Below, piece by piece: positions 28,047 to 37,017 of a stretch of DNA of 64,000 nt; positions within the stretch are counted from its first letter, which is position 1; each line of letters begins with the position of its first letter. The DNA lies in assembly GCA_963707505.1 (NCBI GenBank), contig CAVPQB010000004.1, forward strand, positions 576,001 to 640,000, written 5' to 3'. A program made the translations under genes and the position numbers. The notes beneath the pieces were generated by a model. The model did not search any database. It saw only the letters and a program-made list of their open reading frames with translations, and had not been told where the DNA came from. Source of the DNA: an uncultured Gemmatimonadales bacterium. GTDB lineage: Bacteria > Gemmatimonadota > Gemmatimonadetes > Gemmatimonadales > Gemmatimonadaceae.

Positions 28047-29150
28047 TCATGCAACGCGTCTGGCGCGTTGCATCTCTTGAGGAAATTTCCTGAACCAACT
28101 CGACAGTAGCAGCAGCTCGTCTATCTCATGAGTCGGGATCGACGAGCCAGCTGTCGGCTTTTCGCCGAATATGTCGTCCACCAGCCGGCGCATGGCGGCC
28201 TTGTCGCGGCGTGTTTTGGGACTGTCCAGCTCCGCTCGTACGATGCCGCGGCGAATGACGTACGTCCGATCGCGACCGTCACAGCCCTGCACGTTGTAAA
28301 CGAAAGACAGCGACTCCACGGCAAAGCGTAGCCGGTCGAACTGCTCGCGCAGCGCTTCGAGGCGCGACAGCTTGTCGCGGAAGATCGCGGCGCGCTCGAA
28401 TTCCAGTGCATTGCTCGCGGCCTCCATCTGACGACGGAGTGTGTCAGCTGGTCCAGCATCGGAGCCGTCGAGGAAGGCACGAGCAAGCGCAAGCTGGTGA
28501 TCGTACTCGGCGACCGTGCATCCACCGACACACGGTCCGAGGCACTTTCTGATCTCGTGCCGTATACAGCCAGGCGTACGCCCTAATTGGAAGAGCTCGT
28601 GTTGATCGGCGAAGTAGATCGGCATGTCGCTCCGGCAATCGCGAAGTCCCAGCACGTCGTTAAGCTCGCGCACAGCCTCGCTCACGCGCTGTGCGCCGAC
28701 GAATGGGCCGTAATACACAGCCGCGTCATCGGGGCCGGCGCCGCGAACGACGTTGAGCTTTGGAGCCGCGCCGCGCGAAATCTTGATGAACGAGTAGTGC
28801 CTGGCATCGCGCTTCATCGCGACATTGAATCGTGGACGGTATTGCTTGATCAGTCTCAGCTCACGCAACAGTGCGGCGAATTCACTTGGCTCGTAGTCCC
28901 ACTCGATGCGGGTCGCGTCACGCAGAATGCGCGCGCCCTTGTCTTCCGGATACGCTGCGCGGAAGTAGCTCATCAGACGGGAGCGAATCTGCTTGGACTT
29001 GCCGACGTACACGATCTCGCCGTTGTCGGCGATCATGCGATAGACGCCCGGATCGTTGCGCGCGGTCTCGCGAACGACAGCACGCATCGCGGCGAGCTGC
29101 TCGTCGCTTGTCGGCTCCTTGAACGTGTATGCGCGTGACTTCCTTGCCAT
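28047..29150 (-). CDS. GIY-YIG nuclease + UVR domain (UvrC N-terminal half, Cho-like)
   Basis: PGVYRM...VYVGKSK..RSRLMSYF, LIKQYRPRFN, YYGPF, Cys cluster (C..CIRHEIRKCLGPCVGGC), M..AS..LEFERAAIFRD. Confidence 0.85.
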   Translation of the reverse strand: MARKSRAYTFKEPTSDEQLAAMRAVVRETARNDPGVYRMIADNGEIVYVGKSKQIRSRLMSYFRAAYPEDKGARILRDATRIEWDYEPSEFAALLRELRLIKQYRPRFNVAMKRDARHYSFIKISRGAAPKLNVVRGAGPDDAAVYYGPFVGAQRVSEAVRELNDVLGLRDCRSDMPIYFADQHELFQLGRTPGCIRHEIRKCLGPCVGGCTVAEYDHQLALARAFLDGSDAGPADTLRRQMEAASNALEFERAAIFRDKLSRLEALREQFDRLRFAVESLSFVYNVQGCDGRDRTYVIRRGIVRAELDSPKTRRDKAAMRRLVDDIFGEKPTAGSSIPTHEIDELLLLSSWFRKFPQEMQRARRVA

Positions 29151-29163
29151 CGGGGTGCGGTCG

Positions 29164-29994
29164 TCAGTGCTGGCAGTGCGCGCAGAGCACAGTCTGCCGG
29201 CCATCGATCGCGTGCGTGCCGATCAGTCTCGCGCCACAGCGGTGACATGGCTCTCCGGCGCGGCCGTACGCCGAAAGAAATTGCACGAACTCGCCAGCCT
29301 CACCACTCGCGTTTCGGTAATCGCGGATACTGGAGCCTCCCGCAACGATCGCCTCGCGCAGCACCGACACTATCGCGTTGCGCAGGTCGGCAGCCTCCTC
29401 CAGCGTGACGGCGGACGCCGCTCGTGACGGATCGATGCCGGCGCGCCAGAGCGCTTCGTTTGCGTAGATGTTCCCGACGCCAACGACCTTGTACTGATCC
29501 ATGATCACCTTCTTGACGGGCTGCCGTGACGCCCGAAGAATAGCCGAAAGACGCTCCGCCGTAAATCCCTCTTCCAGCGGCTCCTCACCCAGCTCGCCGA
29601 AATATTCCCCGAGTCGCTTCGGATCCATCAGCGCGACAGTTCCGAGCCGCCTGACGTCGCGATACGCCAGAACGAAGCCCGAATCCAGACCCAACATCAC
29701 GGCGATGTAGGTCCGGTCATAGTCGGTGAGCTCGCTGCCTCTCGTGGCGAGGAGGGCACCGGTGAATCTCGGCTGCACAACGAGCGAGTCCCCGCTATCC
29801 AGAGAAATGACGATGTGTTTGGCTCGTCGGCTTGCGCCGGTAATCCGCGTGCCGCGTACACGTTTGGCGAAGGTGCGCGCCGTCGCCTCGCGCAACACGT
29901 CCGGGCGTGGTAGTCCAACTGCTTCGATGGTACGGCCGGCGACCGCATCGTTCACGCCTCGCGCGATCGTCTCGACTTCGGGCAGCTCAGGCAT
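29164..29994 (-). CDS. mutM: Formamidopyrimidine-DNA glycosylase
   Basis: MPELPEVET, RRAK, DVRRLG, GVGNIYANEAL, zinc finger CHRC...CAHCQ. Confidence 0.96.
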   Translation of the reverse strand: MPELPEVETIARGVNDAVAGRTIEAVGLPRPDVLREATARTFAKRVRGTRITGASRRAKHIVISLDSGDSLVVQPRFTGALLATRGSELTDYDRTYIAVMLGLDSGFVLAYRDVRRLGTVALMDPKRLGEYFGELGEEPLEEGFTAERLSAILRASRQPVKKVIMDQYKVVGVGNIYANEALWRAGIDPSRAASAVTLEEAADLRNAIVSVLREAIVAGGSSIRDYRNASGEAGEFVQFLSAYGRAGEPCHRCGARLIGTHAIDGRQTVLCAHCQH

Positions 29995-31316
29995 TCGTCT
30001 CGCGGTCGGACAGGCGCATCTCTCTCGCGAGCTCTCTCCAGGCGATGTCGCGTCGCATCTGCCTGCCCGCGAACCGGATGCGCTCCGCGTAGCGCCGGCT
30101 GTGATTGCTCGCCGCGTGGAGTGTCGGTGCGACTGCAGTCACTGACAGCACGCGTCCGCCGTCCGTGACCACTGGTGGCTCATCGGCACGCTGTGCTTTG
30201 GTCCCGTCCGCGACTCGCGTACCGGCGTGAAATACATAAACACCGTCCTCGAGGCTCGGGGAAGGAGATCGCGTCACCCTTTCGAACCGCTCCAGGATAG
30301 CCGGCGGCCGCGAGAACAGTAGTCACGCTGGAGCCGGCGTTCCACTCGAATTCCGGTGTATCGGCCAGTGATTCGCCGCGAGCCACCGTGAGCAGCGGTT
30401 GCAACAGCGAGCTCGACATGAGCGGCAACAATGTCTGCGTTTCCGGATCGCCGAAACGACAGTTGAATTCGACGACCTTCACCCCCGTCGCGGTGAGCAT
30501 CAATCCCGCGTACAACAGTCCAGAAAATGGTGAGTGCTCGTCGCGCATTGCGGCGAGCACGCGATCGATGATCGTCACCTTCACGAGCGCCTGCAGAGAT
30601 GCGCTATCCAGTGATACGGGCGCATACGCACCCATTCCGCCCGTATTCGGACCCATGTCTCCGTCTTCGAGACGCTTGTGGTCCTGCGCGCCGATCATCA
30701 GTCGCGAATGCTGGCCGTCACAGATGGCGAAGACGGAGACCTCCTCGCCCGACATGAACTCCTCGACCAGAATCTCCTTGCCGGCCTTGCCGAACGCTCC
30801 GGTCGCGAGCATTTCCGTGATTGCGCGCTCCGCTTCGGCCATCGTTTCGGCGATGATGACACCCTTGCCAGCGGCAAGTCCCGACGCCTTGATCACTACC
30901 GGCGCGCCGATCGCATGCGCTGCTCGCAGCGCGGTGTCGACCGACGTATGATGACTCGCGCGCGCTGTAGGAACGCCGGCGCGCAACATCAACTCCTTCG
31001 CGAATCGCTTGGACGTCTCGATACGCGCGGCGGCGCGCGTGGGCCCGAAGATAGGGAGCCCTTCAGCGTGGAATGCGTCCGCGATTCCAGCGTCGAGCGG
31101 AGCTTCCGGGCCGACGACGGTGAGATCGGGGCGCTCTGCGCGCGCGAGCGCCAACAACGCGACGATGTCGTCCGCCGGAATCGCGACGCATCTCGCAAGT
31201 GTAGCGATCCCGGGATTTCCAGGTGCGGCAATCAGGTCTAGCGTCGGATCATCCTGCAACAGCTTCCATGCGATTGCGTGCTCGCGCGCGCCACCGCCAA
31301 CTATCAGAACCTTCAC
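29987..31316 (-). pseudogene. purD: Phosphoribosylamine-glycine ligase with +1 frameshift at ~30251-30261
   Basis: GGGAREHA, VVGPEAPL, IKASGLAAGKGV, QDHKR..GPNTGGMGAY, EFNCRFGDPE. The C-terminus (VFHAGT, GGRVL, RRDI) is in another frame. May be an assembly indel. Confidence 0.9.
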
Positions 31317-32314
31317 TCGTCCTCGTTGCGGAACACATTGTTCATCGTATCGGTCGCACGGCGCGCCGCATCGGCCATCTGATTCATCATGCCCTTCATC
31401 TTGTCGCCGTAATATCCGGCAGCATCAGCGTAATCGTCCGTCAGAGGGCGCTCGTTTGGCGCGCCTCGCCTCGCATATTCGCCATTGATTATCGTGTCGT
31501 AGCCGCCAGCCTGAATCCAGCGCTGCAGCTCGGCGGCCCGCACGGTATTGAACGGGTGCGTGCGGCCGGAAACGTTGAGAAGCTTGAACAGAAGATCGAT
31601 CGCGCCGCTATCGCTTTCGTATTCCTGCGCCTGTGCGAGAAACTCGTCGAGATTGGTCTCGTTTGCGTCGCCCTTGCCACCGGCGAACAGGAGGAACATG
31701 CGCATGGCCTGAACCGGATCCTGCGATGCCAGCAGCCCAGCGCGATCCGCCGAGAATTCGGCCTTGCGATACCACTCCAGCAATGCAAGCTGAATTGGAA
31801 GCGCGATGAGGCCGAGACCTGGAATCGCATTGAAGCCGAACGACAGAAAGAGCAGTGCGAGCGTCGAGTACGTGGAATGCCCGCTCATGACGTGACCGAC
31901 TTCGTGGCCGAGCAACACTCGCTGCTGCGGCTCGTCCAGTATTCCGAGCGCGCCAGTGTGTACAACTATGAACGGCTTTTCGAAGCCCACCGCCATCGCG
32001 TTGACGAACGGAGTCTGCGTAACGAACAGATCCGGACGCTCCGGCCAATCCAGTGTTTCCAGGACTTCCATATACAACGCATGGAGCCTCGGCCGCTGGC
32101 GCTCGTTGACGCGCACGGAGTCCGCCGTGAATAACTGACGCACTCCGCGCTCACCGAGGAAGCTCATCACCCTGCGCACGAGCTCGTCGAGTCCGGGGAT
32201 CGCGCGCAACGTCTGCAGCGCTGCGCGGTCGGCTGGGTGTTCCCACGCTACGGGAGCGATGCCCGTGAGCGTGCGTCGCGGCGACGGAGCGGGAACTGGC
32301 AGTTCGCCCGTCAT
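31313..32314 (-). CDS. M48-family zinc metallopeptidase
   Basis: WEHPADR, NAMAVG, GHEVGH, WYRKAEFSADRAGLL, THP; ATGA overlap with upstream gene. Confidence 0.9.
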   Translation of the reverse strand: MTGELPVPAPSPRRTLTGIAPVAWEHPADRAALQTLRAIPGLDELVRRVMSFLGERGVRQLFTADSVRVNERQRPRLHALYMEVLETLDWPERPDLFVTQTPFVNAMAVGFEKPFIVVHTGALGILDEPQQRVLLGHEVGHVMSGHSTYSTLALLFLSFGFNAIPGLGLIALPIQLALLEWYRKAEFSADRAGLLASQDPVQAMRMFLLFAGGKGDANETNLDEFLAQAQEYESDSGAIDLLFKLLNVSGRTHPFNTVRAAELQRWIQAGGYDTIINGEYARRGAPNERPLTDDYADAAGYYGDKMKGMMNQMADAARRATDTMNNVFRNEDE

Positions 32315-33474
32315 CTGAGAGCCTGATCCAGGTCGGCGATGAGATCGCCGACGTCTTCGACTCCGCACGACAGGCGCACCAGTCCTTCGGTAATTCCTAG
32401 CGCGGCGCGGCGCGCCGGTTCGACCGAGGCGTGAGTCATCTCAGCAGGGTGATTGATCAGGCTCTCCACGCCACCGAGGGATTCGGCGAGCGAGAACACG
32501 TGCACTCGCCCGAGCACCCGAGCAGCGGCTTCGCGACTCCCGGTTTCGACCGAGATCATTCCGCCGAACCCCTTCATCTGCTTCACTGCCAGCGAGTGCT
32601 GCGGATGCGATTCGAGTCCCGGATAGAAAACCTTGTCGTCACCCATGCGCTTCGCCAGCCATGTAGCGATCTCGCGGCCGTTGCTGTCGTGCCGCTCCAT
32701 GCGCAGGTGCAGCGTCTTGGTGCCGCGCAGGACGAGCCATGCGTCCATCGGTCCGGGGACTGCGCCTGACGCGTTGAGTATGAACTGCATCCGCGTTGCG
32801 AGCTCGTCGTTGTCGACGAGGGCGATTCCGCCGATCATGTCGCTGTGACCGTTGAGATACTTGGTCGACGAGTGCCAGACGATGTCGGCGCCGAGTGTGA
32901 ACGGTTGCTGCAGGTATGGCGACGCGAACGTGTTGTCGACGATGAGCAGCGCCTTGTGCGAATGGGCGATGTCGGCGGCGGCCTGGATATCGGTGAGACG
33001 CATGAGCGGGTTAGTCGGCGTCTCGATGATTATTGCGGCGGTTGCGCTGGTGCACGCGTCTGCGATGAGCTGCGGATCGCGCGTGTCCACGTACGAGAAT
33101 GTCATGCCGTAGTTGCGCAGGATCTTGTCGAACAGTCTGTATGTGCCGCCGTAGACATTCTCGCCCACGACGAAATGATCACCGGACTTGAACAGCTTCA
33201 TGATGGAATCGAGGCAGCCCATGCCGCTCGAGAAGGCGAAGCCGTATTTCGCGCCTTCGAGTGCGGCGACGTTGCGCTCCAGCGCTTCTCGCGTGGGATT
33301 GCGTCCGCGCGCGTATTCGTATCCCTTGTTGACGCCGAGTCCCTCCTGGACATATGTGGAGGTCTGGTAGATGGGCGTCATGATCGCGCCCGAAAGTGGA
33401 TCGGGGCGCTGGCCGGCGTGGATGGCTCGGGTCCCAAAGGCGGCGGACATGTCCTCGTCGAAGATCTTCGTCAT
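32311..33474 (-). CDS. PLP-dependent cystathionine gamma-lyase/synthase
   Basis: PIYQTSTY, YARGRNPT, FSSGM, YGGT, ETPTNP, VDNTF, HSSTKYLNGHSD, LAESLGGVESL. Confidence 0.93.
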   Translation of the reverse strand: MTKIFDEDMSAAFGTRAIHAGQRPDPLSGAIMTPIYQTSTYVQEGLGVNKGYEYARGRNPTREALERNVAALEGAKYGFAFSSGMGCLDSIMKLFKSGDHFVVGENVYGGTYRLFDKILRNYGMTFSYVDTRDPQLIADACTSATAAIIIETPTNPLMRLTDIQAAADIAHSHKALLIVDNTFASPYLQQPFTLGADIVWHSSTKYLNGHSDMIGGIALVDNDELATRMQFILNASGAVPGPMDAWLVLRGTKTLHLRMERHDSNGREIATWLAKRMGDDKVFYPGLESHPQHSLAVKQMKGFGGMISVETGSREAAARVLGRVHVFSLAESLGGVESLINHPAEMTHASVEPARRAALGITEGLVRLSCGVEDVGDLIADLDQALR

Positions 33475-33532
33475 GGCAGGGGGTTGGATCGGAAGCTAGA
33501 ATACCACTTAGAAATATGAGGGAGGTGATGAC

Positions 33533-34561
33533 GTGACGGCGCCTGAGCCGATGTTTTGTGTCATCGCGGACGATGAACCTCGCCTGCGGCAGGTGCTTGT
33601 CCGCCTGATGACCAGCGACGGCTTCACGTGCCTCGAGGCCGCAGATGGCGTCGAGGCGCTGGAGCGGCTGGACTCCGTGCCGGCGGCCCTCCTGCTCAGC
33701 GATCTTCGGATGCCGAGGATGGACGGTATCGAACTGCTGCGCCAGTCTCGGGCGAAATACCCCGATCTGGCCGTGATTCTCATCACCGCTGTTGCCGACG
33801 TCGAGCTCGCCCTGAGCTGCCTTGCGAGCGGCGCGATGGATTATCTCACCAAGCCGTTCCACCTCGAAGAGGTGCTGGCGCGGGTGGGGCAGGCGATGGA
33901 GAAACGCCGGCTGATTCTCGAGAATCGCGATTATCAGAACGGGCTGGAGCGGCTGGTGGCGACCCAGGCCCGCCGGCTGGAGGAATTGTTCCTGGGCGGC
34001 GTTCAGGCGCTAGTGCAGGCCCTCGAGGTCAAGGATCAGTACACCCGGGGACATTCGATTCGCGTGAGCCAGTATTCGTCGCTGTTGGCGCGTGAGATCG
34101 GGCTTTCGGAGTCGATGGTCCGGCAGATCGAGCTTGGCGGTCAGGTGCACGACATCGGGAAGATCGGAGTGCGCGAGGCGGTGCTGAACAAGGAAGGCCC
34201 ACTCACGGACGAGGAATACCAGCACATCATGACGCATCCGATGCTGGGGTGGCAGATTCTATCACCGTTGCTTGGCGAGGAGCCCGTCGCACTCAGCATG
34301 GTGCGATCGCATCATGAGCGTTTTGATGGCCGTGGCATTCCGGACAAACTTGCCGGAATGGATATTCCGATGGAAGCGCGTATCGCCGGCATTGCCGACG
34401 CGTTCGATGCAATGACGAGCGGCCGCGCGTACCGCCGCGGCCGCTACATGTCCGCTGAAGATGCTGTTGCCGAGATCACGCGGTGTTCTGGTACACAATT
34501 CGATCCCGAGCTTGCGCCGGCATTTATCAAAGTGATTCGGCGCGAAAAGCTGGCGAGCTAA
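33533..34561 (+). CDS. RpfG-like response regulator (REC + HD-GYP cyclic-dinucleotide phosphodiesterase)
   Basis: REC: DDE, SDLRMPRMDG, KPF. HD-GYP: YTRGHS.RV, HDIGKIG, HHERFDGRGIP, ADAFDAMTS.RAYR, SGTQFDP. Confidence 0.92.
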   Translation: MTAPEPMFCVIADDEPRLRQVLVRLMTSDGFTCLEAADGVEALERLDSVPAALLLSDLRMPRMDGIELLRQSRAKYPDLAVILITAVADVELALSCLASGAMDYLTKPFHLEEVLARVGQAMEKRRLILENRDYQNGLERLVATQARRLEELFLGGVQALVQALEVKDQYTRGHSIRVSQYSSLLAREIGLSESMVRQIELGGQVHDIGKIGVREAVLNKEGPLTDEEYQHIMTHPMLGWQILSPLLGEEPVALSMVRSHHERFDGRGIPDKLAGMDIPMEARIAGIADAFDAMTSGRAYRRGRYMSAEDAVAEITRCSGTQFDPELAPAFIKVIRREKLAS

Positions 34562-34572
34562 AGTCACTCCAC

Positions 34573-34593
34573 ACGGCAAATATTGCCGTTTTT
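34573..34593 (+). terminator. Short hairpin + U-tract after the HD-GYP gene
   Basis: acggcaa-ata-ttgccgt followed by tttt. Confidence 0.5.
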
Positions 34594-34606
34594 GGACTGG
34601 GCAACC

Positions 34607-34623
34607 TGGCACCGTTAGTGCCA
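34607..34623 (+). promoter_or_regulatory. Putative sigma-54 (-24/-12) site or palindromic operator upstream of the PEP-CTERM gene
   Basis: TGGCAC-cgtta-GTGCCA; GG-N10-GC spacing holds on both strands. Confidence 0.5.
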
Positions 34624-34807
34624 TAGCGTACATCACAACATCGCATCGTATCAGCGTTTTCATGGGAGAAACGCGAAAATGCGCGCGATTGTGAGGACAC
34701 AAATTGTTGTTCGTGCGCGACACTTCCGTTGCAGCAGCGCTACAGCATGTGTGTGCCACCTGCCTCGGCAGGCGACACAAAAAACCATACTCCAATGGAG
34801 CGACCAG

Positions 34808-35404
34808 ATGGGATTTGCCACCAAGATCGCCACCGCTGCAGCCTTTGCTGTCATGACCGCTGCGTCTGCCAGTGCCCAGCAAGCAGTGACGTTCAGCACG
34901 ACCGGCTGTTTTTCCGGCACCCCGACTAGCGGCTGCACGCATTCGTCGGCAGATGGCTTCTTCAGCTTCACGGGCGCGGGAAGCAGCTCATATAACCTCA
35001 CCAGCGGGGTTGCCCAGACGGTGAACCTCGGCCTGTTCGCGGTGTCTGGACCAAACACCGGACCTGGTGTCAATGACAACTTCAACCTGTGGCTGGCATT
35101 TACCAATCCGACTGGCGTGACGCAGACTGATGCCGCGACGGTTTCGGGCAAGCTTCAGGGCGCCAACAGTGTGACGCTCAACTTCGCCAACAATGGAGTG
35201 CAGAACGTGTTCACGTATGCTGATGGCGGCACGTTGAAGCTCTCAGTCGCCGATCACGTGTTCCCGAGCGCAGGGTCGGCCCAGGTGCAGGGCACGCTTC
35301 TCTACACTGCAGGCACCATCACGTCCACGCCCGAGCCAGGCTCCATGGCGCTCCTCGCCACCGGCCTCGTCGGCCTCGTGCCAATGGTGCGTCGTCGCAA
35401 GTAA
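34808..35404 (+). CDS. PEP-CTERM sorting-domain surface protein
   Basis: Signal peptide ending ASA-Q, Ser/Thr/Gly-rich body, C-terminal TPEPGSMALLATGLVGLVPMVRRRK. Confidence 0.92.
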   Translation: MGFATKIATAAAFAVMTAASASAQQAVTFSTTGCFSGTPTSGCTHSSADGFFSFTGAGSSSYNLTSGVAQTVNLGLFAVSGPNTGPGVNDNFNLWLAFTNPTGVTQTDAATVSGKLQGANSVTLNFANNGVQNVFTYADGGTLKLSVADHVFPSAGSAQVQGTLLYTAGTITSTPEPGSMALLATGLVGLVPMVRRRK

Positions 35405-35466
35405 TTCCATCGCATGAACCGATAACCGCACCGGCTTCGGTTCTTCGCTGTACCACCTAGATTTGA

Positions 35467-35503
35467 CTGATGCCCGTGCTTTCCGCGCGGGCATCAGCTT
35501 TTT
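35467..35503 (+). terminator. Intrinsic terminator after the PEP-CTERM gene
   Basis: ctgatgcccgtgc-tttcc-gcgcgggcatcag followed by cttttt. Confidence 0.8.
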
Positions 35504-35508
35504 AAGAC

Positions 35509-36888
35509 ATGGCATCCTATCCAGGCTTGATGGTAAGTGTGTCCGGCGTGCGCGGGCGCGTCGGCGAGGCGTTGACTCCGGAGATCGTCTCCAGATTCGC
35601 CGCCGGATTCGGAAGTTGGGCGCTTTCGCGCGACTCATCGAAAAAAACGATCGTACTCGGCCGCGATAGCCGGGTGAGCGGACCGATGTTCCATCATGCG
35701 GTGATAGCTGCGCTGGAAAGTGTGGGCGCTCAGATCATCGACGTCGGCGTCGTTCCAACCCCTACGATTCAGCTCGCGGTCGAGCATCACCACGCAGCCG
35801 GCGGACTAGGCATTACGGCGAGCCACAATCCGATCGAGTGGAACGCACTCAAGTTCATCGGGTCATCCGGGCTGTTTCTCGACGGTGATGAAGCCCGCGA
35901 GATGCGCGCAGTTGTCGAGAGCAATTTCCCGCGCGCGACGTGGGATGAACTCGGCACCATCGAGCGCGATGACGCGGCGATAGAGCGACACATCAGCGCG
36001 ATACTTGCTCTGCCGTTCATCGACGTGGATGGCATCCGTGCACGCAACTTTCACGTCGCGCTCGACTGCGTGCGCGGCGCGGGCGGGCGTTTCATGCCGA
36101 ACCTGTTCGACAGACTAGGCTGCGAAGTATCGTCGATCAACATGGAAGTCGACGGCCGCTTTCCGCGTCCACCGGAACCGGTTGCCGAGAACCTCGGCGA
36201 GCTCGAAGCGCTCGTGCGCAGCAGCGGCGCAGTGGTCGGATTCGCAGTCGATCCGGACGTCGATCGTCTCGCGCTCGTGTCAAATGACGGAAAGGCGATC
36301 GGCGAGGACTACACGCTCGCACTCGCGGCGAGCGTCGTGCTCGGCCATCGTGCGGGTCCCGTCGTAACGAATCTCTCGACGAGCAGAATTGTTGATGATG
36401 TAGCCGAGCGCGCGGGACGCACGGTAGTGCGCGCTCCCGTTGGGGAAGTGAACGTCGCGACACGCATGCGTAGCGAGAAGGCGGCGATCGGCGGTGAAGG
36501 AAATGGCGGCGTCATTCTCACGGAGATGCATCTCGGACGCGACGCACCGGTGGCTATTGCATTGATCCTGCAATTGCTGCATCAGGAAAACCGTCCGCTC
36601 TCCGCGATCGTGAGCGACTATCCGCGATACTCCATCGTGAAGGACAAGCTCGATCTTCCATCGGCGCCTCTGGATTCTGTATACAACAGCCTGCGCGCCG
36701 CATTTCCAGATGCGACCGTCGATACTCAGGACGGAATGCGACTGTCATGGCGTGATCGATGGGTCCATGTAAGACCATCGGGGACCGAGCCGATCGTGCG
36801 CGTCATTGCGGAAGCACCGACGCAGGCCGATGCGCGTGCGCTCATTCGCGCGGGTCGAGAAGCTGTCGAGAAGCTGTCAAATTCGTGA
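35509..36888 (+). CDS. glmM: Phosphoglucosamine mutase / alpha-D-phosphohexomutase
   Basis: SGVRG, GRDSR.SG, PTPT, ITASHNP, DPDVDR, GEGNGG, VRPSGTEP; near glmS. Confidence 0.88.
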   Translation: MASYPGLMVSVSGVRGRVGEALTPEIVSRFAAGFGSWALSRDSSKKTIVLGRDSRVSGPMFHHAVIAALESVGAQIIDVGVVPTPTIQLAVEHHHAAGGLGITASHNPIEWNALKFIGSSGLFLDGDEAREMRAVVESNFPRATWDELGTIERDDAAIERHISAILALPFIDVDGIRARNFHVALDCVRGAGGRFMPNLFDRLGCEVSSINMEVDGRFPRPPEPVAENLGELEALVRSSGAVVGFAVDPDVDRLALVSNDGKAIGEDYTLALAASVVLGHRAGPVVTNLSTSRIVDDVAERAGRTVVRAPVGEVNVATRMRSEKAAIGGEGNGGVILTEMHLGRDAPVAIALILQLLHQENRPLSAIVSDYPRYSIVKDKLDLPSAPLDSVYNSLRAAFPDATVDTQDGMRLSWRDRWVHVRPSGTEPIVRVIAEAPTQADARALIRAGREAVEKLSNS

Positions 36889-36963
36889 GTTGAAATCCGA
36901 GCAGGATTGCGTGTAGCATTTTCACATTTCGCGCGTACTATTCAATGGAAGGGTTACTGCGCG

Positions 36964-36978
36964 GGGCACGCAGATTGC
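36964..36978 (+). promoter_or_regulatory. Putative sigma-54 promoter
   Basis: GGGCAC-gcaga-TTGC, ~40 nt upstream of ATG 37018 (SD gaggtg). Confidence 0.6.
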
Positions 36979-37017
36979 CCTGAGTTGGGGAGAGATGAAT
37001 TCACCCACGAGGTGGTT

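Noticed and set aside
28047..29150. GIY-YIG homing endonuclease or mobile element
   Set aside because: UVR domain and UvrC-type Cys cluster, repair-gene context, and no intron or terminal repeats.
34562..34807. c-di-GMP-I riboswitch next to the HD-GYP gene (GGCAAA present)
   Set aside because: No GNRA-capped P2 or GACGCAAAG junction; the GGCAAA is part of a simple hairpin.
36912..36926. NifA-type enhancer TGT-N10-ACA upstream of the sigma-54 site
   Set aside because: Spacing is N9 and it lies only ~40 bp from the promoter; too weak to call.
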